Source: Bacteroidia bacterium (GTDB taxonomy: Bacteria > Bacteroidota > Bacteroidia > NS11-12g > UBA9320). From it: a DNA stretch of 64,000 nt. Position numbers and translations under genes: made by a program. How positions within the stretch are numbered: position 1 is the first letter of the stretch; each line of letters begins with the position of its first letter. The notes under the pieces were generated by a model. It was not told where the DNA came from. It saw nothing but the letters and a program-made list of their open reading frames with translations, and made no database searches. The stretch is from contig JAGVMN010000006.1 of the NCBI GenBank assembly GCA_020053795.1, positions 1,192-65,191 of the forward strand. Reading direction: 5' to 3'. Shown piece after piece: positions 57,245 to 64,000 of the stretch.

Positions 57245-58649
57245 CTGATAAATCCCATTTATTCTGTTGCCAATCTTCCCAATCTTCACGGAACTGTTCC
57301 TTGCTTTCCTCTGTCATTTCCCTTGTTTCAATGAGCTTTTCAGTTGTAAAACTACCTACACTTATTGACTGTCCTGGTAACAACAATTGCTTGGGGTCTG
57401 AGATACCATTAATATCCATTAGTTCTTGAACAGTCATACTATGTTTTGCTGCAATTGACCACAAGCAGTCACCTTGTTTTATATTATATTTCAGGGAATA
57501 TTGTGAATACTCAGTCGTATAAGTGATATCATATTTATATTCTCCAATTTGAACATTTTTGACCACACCTACGTTAGTAACTACAGGTCTATAGAGCCAA
57601 ATCTCAACTTCCCAATTTCTTACCTCTGGATAGTATTTTTGTGCTTCTTGAAGATATTCGGCAGCATCTTTTAATCCATTTTTCAACCCATTTCTTGTTG
57701 CTGATTTCCATTCACCAATTTTGCCCCATTTGTTCTCTGGTATTATTCGTGAGCCATCAGGTCTTAATTTACTTCCTCTTCCAATTGATTGATTAAATTT
57801 ATCAAATTGGCCCTCTGATTCGGCAATTTTATCTACAATTTTATGGTTATCTTTTCCTGATTGAGTAAGTCGTTTAAAATTATCAGATTTAGAGAGTTCT
57901 TTAACCCAACTAACTCTCTTTAATCCTGTTCGGACTGTTCGAACTGTAATTTTAAGAACTGTCTCTCCGGTTGCTATGACGGGATTTGAAGATACTAATA
58001 TAGGAACCATTCTTGGCAGGAATTCTGACCCTTCTAAATCAATTCCAGAAATCGGGCAATTTTCAGCAAACGCAAATGGCGAACTATGAGGATAATTTTT
58101 CCCTATTGGGTCAACGGATAAGAAGCGTCCTAACCTTGGGTCATACATTCTGAAAGTAAAGTTGTAGCTATTTCCTTCCCCTTTTATTTCATTATCTTTT
58201 TCAACTCCTCCAAACCCGTACCTATAGCCAGTGCTGGTATAAGAGCGGGCTTGCATGGTCATCCCAAAAGGATAGTAATCCGTGAAGCTCATATACTCTA
58301 CTTCGAAGTAGTCTATGGTGCCGCTGTTGTTATGGCTTATCTTGCGGTCGGTGATCACCGCCAGCACATTGCCGAGGTGGTTGCTGAGTTCGTATCGCTT
58401 ATACCCTCTGAACTGTGATTTTTCGTCGGCAGGCCCAAGTTGTATCACCTGCACATTGTATTCGGTGTAACTGGTTATCCAACCCTGATCATAGCTGTTC
58501 ACGGTCATGTTTCGCTGGTAGAGCACGGCATCATCCTGTATCAACCCTATTCTGCTGCTGCCATAGAGGTGCAGTTCGTTCAGATTCAGCCGCTCTATCA
58601 CATCGTTATTGCCCAGTTCTTCGCAGGTCATGGTGTAGGTGGCCATCAC
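57231..58649 (-). CDS. orphan Rhs fragment: ~125 aa of YD-repeat + core end + C-terminal toxin region with PD-(D/E)xK-like motif and a LysM domain
   Basis: GTG/ATG start inside a YD repeat. The core end is DYYPFGMTMQARSYTSTGYRYGFGGVEKDNEIKGEGNSYNFTFRMYDPRLGRFLSVDP...GIDLEGSE. Then comes ..ESEGQ..KLRPDGSRIIPENKWGKIGEWKS.. (E..PD..ExK spacing). LysM-like segment: YNIKQGDCLWSIAAKHSMTVQELMDINGISDPKQLLLPGQSISV. Confidence 0.75.
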   Translation of the reverse strand: MMATYTMTCEELGNNDVIERLNLNELHLYGSSRIGLIQDDAVLYQRNMTVNSYDQGWITSYTEYNVQVIQLGPADEKSQFRGYKRYELSNHLGNVLAVITDRKISHNNSGTIDYFEVEYMSFTDYYPFGMTMQARSYTSTGYRYGFGGVEKDNEIKGEGNSYNFTFRMYDPRLGRFLSVDPIGKNYPHSSPFAFAENCPISGIDLEGSEFLPRMVPILVSSNPVIATGETVLKITVRTVRTGLKRVSWVKELSKSDNFKRLTQSGKDNHKIVDKIAESEGQFDKFNQSIGRGSKLRPDGSRIIPENKWGKIGEWKSATRNGLKNGLKDAAEYLQEAQKYYPEVRNWEVEIWLYRPVVTNVGVVKNVQIGEYKYDITYTTEYSQYSLKYNIKQGDCLWSIAAKHSMTVQELMDINGISDPKQLLLPGQSISVGSFTTEKLIETREMTEESKEQFREDWEDWQQNKWDLSDELY

Positions 58650-58779
58650 ATTGCCGCCCGCGTCGCGAATATACCATGTTGATGTGACAGTTGATGATAC
58701 GGTAACCTTTTCTTGATCCGATGTCAGGAACCATTATTGGTAATGGTTAAGGTTGGAGAAAAACACCAACCTTTGGGCA
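58417..58779. repeat. direct repeat copy 2 (363 bp)
   Basis: See copy 1; the offset is exactly 7,510 nt. It contains the recombinase ATG plus 12 codons, then reads KCW-stop (stub 58743-58790). Confidence 0.9.
58749..58773. other. 8-9-8 inverted repeat AAGGTTGG-agaaaaaca-CCAACCTT, candidate recombinase core site (copy 2)
   Basis: Identical to the site at 51239-51263, and sequence identity with copy 1 ends 6 nt further on. Confidence 0.35.
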
Positions 58780-58808
58780 AGTGCTGGTGAAAAGCATGTT
58801 CAGCGGGG

Positions 58809-59276
58809 CTATCCTTTTAAACCAAGGCTTTCGAAAAAATTATTCAATCTACTGCTTAGTATAATTAGTTTTTCTCTTGGTACATTCCAAATCCAAAATC
58901 CAAATATTGTCGCACAAATCCCTAAAACAAGTGCAAGCCATTTATTCAACCAATCAGGATCATCATTCAAAATAATTGTTCTTTCTATATTTTTGGGATC
59001 GAACCAAAAAGCGACTTTATCCATTGGCTTAAAGGAGACCTCATTTAGTAACTTATTAAAAGTATAGGTACTGTCTTTATAGCTGCATTCTATTACATGA
59101 AGATTGGAGTTAGGAGCATCTGATACAGGTGTGCTTTCAACCTTAATAACTATACCTTGTACCAATACTCCTTTACTTTTAATCATTATTCGATTACTTA
59201 AGGTTATAATGAAAACACCAAACATAAAGAATCCAAAAGGAAATAATATTAATGATACTACTTTTTGAATATTCAT
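58809..59276 (-). CDS. putative immunity protein, two-TM membrane protein (DUF3592-like topology)
   Basis: ATGA start/stop overlap with the upstream toxin gene. An N-terminal TM helix (VVSLILFPFGFFMFGVFIITL), a beta-rich middle and a second TM helix (WLALVLGICATIFGFWIW) make up the protein. Confidence 0.55.
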   Translation of the reverse strand: MNIQKVVSLILFPFGFFMFGVFIITLSNRIMIKSKGVLVQGIVIKVESTPVSDAPNSNLHVIECSYKDSTYTFNKLLNEVSFKPMDKVAFWFDPKNIERTIILNDDPDWLNKWLALVLGICATIFGFWIWNVPREKLIILSSRLNNFFESLGLKG

Positions 59277-60412
59277 TGTCCAACTGTCGCTTGACCAGTG
59301 GTAAATCTCAATGTGTATTTTTTGGCTAACTGTGCATCCACAGATGATTTACCTGATCTCATAAGACCTTTTGAAAGGTCAAGGCTTGCATCCAAAATTG
59401 GACCAACTCTATATTGCGTACTTTGCGATGATAAATTCTGACTAAAAGTTCCACCCAATCCCATTCCTCCATTGAGAAATTTTGTACTTGATTCAAAATA
59501 GTTAGAATTCTCTCGAGCACCACTCAATTCGGTTTGGGGAAGTGCTTTTGAATTAAGAAAAGCATAGGCTTGACCTGTTAAACCTACTTTATACCAATCA
59601 TTCACTGAGAATGTAACACCACCATCTTTCCCTTTTGCAGACCCTACTAAACTAAAATCAATTTGAAAATTAATACCACCCGAATGCTCATCATTACCAA
59701 ATAACTCGAGTTTTGCTGATAGTGCAAAAATCCCCAATTGACCTTTACCTTGAACTCCTAATCCACCGCTTCCTGCTTCTATACCAACTCTATAAAGTCT
59801 GTTATAAGCATCATCCATTTTTTGACCGATAATATTCAACCATGGCATTGGTTCCCATACATCGGCCTTGTACTTATAATTTTTTACTTTATGATCATAA
59901 TAAGTCATATTCCCTTCAACACGTTTCTTGTCAAACACCAAATCATGTTTAATGTATTTGTGTAGAGTTCCGTAACCTCTGTCTTTGGGTGGATCAAAGG
60001 TTTTAATAATTGTTTTATGCTTCCCACCAACATTGTCAAAATAATGTGTCACTTCTTTATCTTCTAATCCGTCAAGATCAATTGCCCAAATAGGTTTGTT
60101 TCCGGCAAATTGATATGGAGTAAACCACGGATAATCCATTGTAATAGGGTCTTCACTTAAAAACTTACCTGTTCTCGGATTGTAAATCCTAAAACCATAA
60201 TCCTGATTTCCAGTTTCCTCATCCGTCTCTTTTCCGTTGAAAGAATACCTATAGCCACTGCTGGAATAAGATCGTGCCTGGATGGTCATCCCAAAGGGAT
60301 AGCCGGAAAAGGTCATATTTTGAGAGGGTAAATTCACCTTATCAAAGGTAATTTTGTTTTTAACATTTGCCAGTATACCAGATAAACATCTGGGCAATCT
60401 GTACTTCGACAT
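59273..60412 (-). CDS. orphan Rhs C-terminal fragment: core end + unassigned Gly-rich beta-type toxin domain
   Basis: Core end GYPFGMTIQARSYSSSGYRYSFNGKETDEETGNQDYGFRIYNPRTGKFLSEDP...AIDLDGLE, followed by ~290 aa of unrelated sequence ending in Gly/Ser-rich alternating segments. Confidence 0.75.
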   Translation of the reverse strand: MSKYRLPRCLSGILANVKNKITFDKVNLPSQNMTFSGYPFGMTIQARSYSSSGYRYSFNGKETDEETGNQDYGFRIYNPRTGKFLSEDPITMDYPWFTPYQFAGNKPIWAIDLDGLEDKEVTHYFDNVGGKHKTIIKTFDPPKDRGYGTLHKYIKHDLVFDKKRVEGNMTYYDHKVKNYKYKADVWEPMPWLNIIGQKMDDAYNRLYRVGIEAGSGGLGVQGKGQLGIFALSAKLELFGNDEHSGGINFQIDFSLVGSAKGKDGGVTFSVNDWYKVGLTGQAYAFLNSKALPQTELSGARENSNYFESSTKFLNGGMGLGGTFSQNLSSQSTQYRVGPILDASLDLSKGLMRSGKSSVDAQLAKKYTLRFTTGQATVGQ

Positions 60413-60537
60413 GCCCTGCAGAAACTGTACAACAGCTTTTTATATACTTGATCTTCTGATTGTTAATTTTCTTCTGTTGTAAATCAAAATCAATTTGCAA
60501 AATCGCTGGAAACATGTCAAAGAGCGGGCAGAAAAAA

Positions 60538-61014
60538 TCACTCGATTTTCCCTGAATCGTCAAACGCATCTAATATCCTCTGCTTAATTAGATGGATAAA
60601 AAGCGGAGAAATTTTAATACAGCCGGTAATATATCTTAGAAGCAAACTGCTGAATTCAGATGTTTCTAATATCCCGAAATTATAAAATTCTGTTACGATT
60701 TTAAAAAGTAGAATTATCAGGTATACTAAGGCAAAGAACAAATACAGGTCTAATGAAATAGAATCGGTCACCATAATTAAGAATAATCCAACAACAGCCA
60801 TCAAAAAAATGGTTGGATGAATCCACCAATTATCAGAGTCAATTAATGATACTAACAAGACGTAGAATGAAAGTAGTGAAAACGTTATTAAGATTCCACC
60901 GATCTCAAAGGAACCAAATAAAAATGAAAAAAATGTAAACAACAATATATATGCATAGCGATTTTTATTAAGCACCATTTGCAAAATTTTAACCCTTATA
61001 TTCTTACTTGTCAT
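60538..61014 (-). CDS. putative immunity protein, polytopic (4-5 TM) membrane protein
   Basis: It has an 11-nt overlap with the upstream toxin stop (ATGACAAGTAA) and is almost entirely hydrophobic helices. Confidence 0.55.
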   Translation of the reverse strand: MTSKNIRVKILQMVLNKNRYAYILLFTFFSFLFGSFEIGGILITFSLLSFYVLLVSLIDSDNWWIHPTIFLMAVVGLFLIMVTDSISLDLYLFFALVYLIILLFKIVTEFYNFGILETSEFSSLLLRYITGCIKISPLFIHLIKQRILDAFDDSGKIE

Positions 61015-62140
61015 AATACTCTATTCCGATGAATCTATTAATTGAACCAGAAGCCATTATTGCTCCTCCAACCCCAAACTGAATTCCAATTGATTTTGCA
61101 AGTCGTGTGGTGTAATTTGGATTGGTGTTGGTTATCCTCGACAAACCAATTGCTGTTATTCTATACTCTGTATTTTGGTCACTAATTTTATCGTTAGTCA
61201 ACATTGGAGCTAAATTATAAGTATGATCAACCGAACCTCCTATAAATACAAAATCAGTACTGGCTCCGTGGGTAATTTGAAGCTGATTTAACCCATTTTC
61301 CGTCCCATCAACAATTATTCCAGACCTTTCTATTATTGTTGGTTTCGTTGAATTAAATTCTTTAATTTTTATTTTAGAATAATAATCAACAGAGCCAAGG
61401 TTTGCATCAGCTGATATACCAAAAGCTCCCTTAATATGTCCTCCAAATCTAAGGCCAAGTGTTACTTTGCTTTCATTTCTCGAAACCCATCTCGCTTTAT
61501 CTAAAAACTGCTTTCTTGTGACAATTGTAGAAAAAAGGTTAACTTGTTTTTTTATTTCACTGCCTTCTTCTTTTACATCAATTGTTTCAGAGTATCCTTC
61601 TGTTTTTGTTCCTTCAACATCAGCATATTCTCTGCCCTTGCTATTTGTTTTTATCGTAATATCAACTTCAAATCCTTGCTCCTGAAGTTTCCATGCTTCT
61701 TTATTTGCGGTATGCTTATAAGAATCACCTTTCACCCATCTTGCAAACCTTTTAAAAGCATACCCGAGATTTCTTTTATCAGGTGGCTCAAGACCAAGTG
61801 GATCAATGAAGATCAATGGATTATTATACATCGAAGCATAAGGGCTTTCCCAAGGTTTAAAAATTAAATCGTGACTAAACCATCTACCAATCCTTACATC
61901 AAGTTGCCTGTAGTCAGTTGTGTAAGAATTTCCGTCTCCACTTACTTCATCATCTTTGGCCATTCCATTATATCCAAACCTATAGCCACTGCTGGTATAA
62001 GATCGGGCCTGGATGGTCATCCCAAAGGGATAATTTGATAAACTACTATTTACGGGAGAATGCTTCACAAAGCGAAGATATGTCATCTTTGACCATTTTG
62101 CTTTGAAAAAGCAAATCCGAGAGCTATCGGATTCAACCAT
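61004..62140 (-). CDS. orphan Rhs C-terminal fragment: core end + unassigned Gly-rich beta-type toxin domain
   Basis: The frame opens only 16 codons upstream of the ATG (after a TAG). Core end NYPFGMTIQARSYTSSGYRFGYNGMAKDDEVSGDGNSYTTDYRQLDVRIGRWFSHD...FIDPLGLE, followed by ~265 aa of unrelated sequence. Confidence 0.75.
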   Translation of the reverse strand: MVESDSSRICFFKAKWSKMTYLRFVKHSPVNSSLSNYPFGMTIQARSYTSSGYRFGYNGMAKDDEVSGDGNSYTTDYRQLDVRIGRWFSHDLIFKPWESPYASMYNNPLIFIDPLGLEPPDKRNLGYAFKRFARWVKGDSYKHTANKEAWKLQEQGFEVDITIKTNSKGREYADVEGTKTEGYSETIDVKEEGSEIKKQVNLFSTIVTRKQFLDKARWVSRNESKVTLGLRFGGHIKGAFGISADANLGSVDYYSKIKIKEFNSTKPTIIERSGIIVDGTENGLNQLQITHGASTDFVFIGGSVDHTYNLAPMLTNDKISDQNTEYRITAIGLSRITNTNPNYTTRLAKSIGIQFGVGGAIMASGSINRFIGIEYYDK

Positions 62141-62325
62141 CCGTGTTGCAAACGCGGACGAGTTGAGGTGACTGTCAACAGTTGATTTCTAATTTACAAA
62201 ACTATACAAAGTTTTAACAGGAAGAAATTTACTGAATCTATTTTCCAAATTTAGCACTATTCTAAATTGGAGAACATCCTGTATAAAACGCCTTTTTGCT
62301 TTAAAGTATAAGAGTATTCGTCTGG

Positions 62326-63741
62326 CTACTCAACTTTTTCAAACGCCCCTGCATCCGGCTTGCTGTCTCTATTTCTGTCGGCAAAATCAGAGTTAATTGG
62401 CGGGTTTAATAAAATACCTATGTCTTTTGCTCCTGAAAGCGTATCGAGCCTAAAATCGTTTTCTTTGTAATTGATAAATCTGGGGTCTTTGTTTCTGACA
62501 TTACCTGCTTTATCCAATTCAGTTATAGTGGAACGGAGGAGACTTCCTCTTATATACACAGTGTCTTTAAGAGGCTGCAAGTCAGAACCAAGTTCATCAT
62601 TGAGACTACCATAGATGATGCAGTTTTGGATGATACATTTAATATTGAATGTATTTATGATCCTGAATAAATCATCCCGTAAAATGTTGGTAAAAAAAAA
62701 TGTCGGTTCCTTGCGGCTAAAGGTATTTTCGTAAGTGGCAAAGGTGCAATGCACCAAAGTATAATCACCGCCATATTCACCAAAAAACGTATACCTCCCG
62801 CAATTAACAAATAGGCTGTTTTCCGCGTAAATCGTAGTTCCCCGTCCGGCAAGACCATCGAAAAGCATGTTTCGAACAAAGCAATTCTTCACCGTTACGT
62901 TAGTCCGCGAACTAATCTGCGGAGACCGGCACCATATACCAACCAAACCATTTTTGAAGTAAGCATAGGAAATTTCATTCCCCACCGATGGCGTGTCAAT
63001 TAATATCCCGTTCCATTGCCCGGCTACTTCCTCGTATTGGGGTTGCAGGCGGTCGCCTTCCATCATCACAGGTGCATTAACTGTACCTTTGACCTTTAAA
63101 GTTCCCTGTACATACAACCAACTATAAGGGGCAAAATAAACCTTAACACCTTCTTCTATGGTGAAAGTACAGCCCTCGGGAACAAAGATATAATCATGCA
63201 CCACATAAGGTTTCAGCTTATCACTCCAAGTCACATTGCAAAGGGTATCATTCAGGAAATAATGGGCATCCTGCCCCCAGGCAATCAGTTTGACATCCTG
63301 CACATTTCCGTTCGTATTGAATATCATGGAATCCCGGACTATTAATGGGTTGTTCGTATTATTGGGGTTGATGGTTACCTCAACAAAAATGAAAATGCTG
63401 TCACCTCCTCTGATATATATGTTTTCAAATTTCCGACCAGGCTCTCCATCCACATTGAGTCTAAAATAGGAATTGGAGCCGCCACCAAGTATGATATCCG
63501 TTTCAACGGCATTTTTATTCGGATTCACCACAACTATTTGTTTGTTGACGGACATCGGAACACCGGGTACCTGGTTATGAGCTGTGAAAACCGTATCAAA
63601 AAAGAGCGTGTCAATGGTTATTTTCAATTTGTCACTACCACTCATGCTCAATTTGTCCTTGCGACAACCGGGTTCTATTACTATGAATCCCAAAACTGAA
63701 AGAAGACCGAACCAGAATTTGAAGCTTCTACCAGTACGCAT
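62326..63741 (-). CDS. hypothetical lipoprotein with beta-helix-like repeats
   Basis: The start was moved to MRTGRSFKFWFGLLSVLGFIVIEPGCRKD (lipobox-like). Internal motifs of PbH1 flavour occur (VKNCFVRNMLFDG, NSLFVNCGRY, IQNCIIYGS). It is not Rhs-related. Confidence 0.55.
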   Translation of the reverse strand: MRTGRSFKFWFGLLSVLGFIVIEPGCRKDKLSMSGSDKLKITIDTLFFDTVFTAHNQVPGVPMSVNKQIVVVNPNKNAVETDIILGGGSNSYFRLNVDGEPGRKFENIYIRGGDSIFIFVEVTINPNNTNNPLIVRDSMIFNTNGNVQDVKLIAWGQDAHYFLNDTLCNVTWSDKLKPYVVHDYIFVPEGCTFTIEEGVKVYFAPYSWLYVQGTLKVKGTVNAPVMMEGDRLQPQYEEVAGQWNGILIDTPSVGNEISYAYFKNGLVGIWCRSPQISSRTNVTVKNCFVRNMLFDGLAGRGTTIYAENSLFVNCGRYTFFGEYGGDYTLVHCTFATYENTFSRKEPTFFFTNILRDDLFRIINTFNIKCIIQNCIIYGSLNDELGSDLQPLKDTVYIRGSLLRSTITELDKAGNVRNKDPRFINYKENDFRLDTLSGAKDIGILLNPPINSDFADRNRDSKPDAGAFEKVE

Positions 63742-64000
63742 AAGTCGCAAAAGTAATAATATCATAACAGCACTAGCTCACTTCGACTATAAATAGTTGT
63801 TAGTTTGTAAAGGAGTCCCCTTATGTATAAAAGAAATAGGAGGGTTGTCGGTGATTGAATGAGTTGTTTTTGCAAGTGATTGGAATAGTGAAAGGACTTG
63901 TAAAAACACTCATTAAAGAAGCCGAAAGATATTTCGTTTAGATCAGCAAGTACTCTTGTGTGTGGTGCTTTTGGTGGGTTGAATGAAATATCAGGAAGGA

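Larger units (their letters stand above)
51270..58779. mobile_element. candidate ~7.5-kb integrative toxin-cassette element bounded by the 363-bp repeats (hypothesis)
   Basis: The recombinase sits immediately inside the left repeat, and identical core-like sites lie at the right end of both repeats. The cargo is two Rhs-CT toxin/immunity pairs plus a T9SS beta-helix protein. There is no experimental or comparative support from the window alone. Confidence 0.3.

Noticed and set aside
58753-59067. 104-aa plus-strand ORF starting in the repeat
   Set aside because: It starts at a TTG inside the inverted repeat and runs antisense through the DUF3592-like immunity gene. The in-frame recombinase stub from ATG 58743 stops after 15 codons, so no real gene is supported here.
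51934-62140. Idea that the oppositely oriented Rhs cassettes form a recombinase-driven invertible shufflon
   Set aside because: The plus-strand and minus-strand core-end blocks share only ~70% nucleotide identity, and the longest exact run I saw is ~10 nt. I also found no inverted copy of the AAGGTTGG-N9-CCAACCTT site with its asymmetric spacer reversed. Excision or integration between the direct repeats fits the sequence better than inversion.

Overview
This 64-kb chromosomal segment has clear Bacteroidota signatures: giant SBBP/Ig-repeat adhesins ending in T9SS C-terminal sorting domains, ECF sigma modules, TonB-dependent receptors and TAnnTTTG -7 promoter boxes. nt 1-50,650 is mostly core. 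It holds two adhesins, a CBS protein, a UbiB-family kinase, a polytopic membrane protein, a VOC-fold enzyme, a TPR protein, an SDR, uvrA, an ECF sigma, a TonB receptor, an M16 peptidase, rnpB (RNase P RNA), a sigma54-type response regulator and Sua5/TsaC. It also holds a cobalamin-riboswitch-controlled btuB-like operon whose accessory proteins carry T9SS tails, a second ECF sigma module, a 1205-aa gliding-type adhesin and an hddA-hddC-gmhB heptose operon. Directly after a tRNA(CAT) gene (50,581-50,654) the sequence becomes an AT-rich accessory island running to about 62.2 kb. The island contains four orphan Rhs C-terminal toxin + immunity cassettes (one on +, three on -), an Rhs remnant and a compact FimB/FimE-sized tyrosine recombinase. 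It also contains two 363-bp direct repeats, about 93% identical, that both end in the same AAGGTTGG-N9-CCAACCTT inverted repeat overlapping the recombinase start. I read this as a candidate recombinase-mobilised toxin-cassette element of about 7.5 kb nested in an orphan rhs array, and it is the most unusual thing in the window. Other items worth a second look are an A9 homopolymer that splits a lipoprotein gene into two open frames, a 3' pseudogene copy of the B12-operon beta-propeller gene, and toxin C-terminal domains I cannot assign to a family. I saw no CRISPR array, rRNA, transposase or prophage genes. All calls come from reading the sequence and the ORF track by eye; no database search was run.
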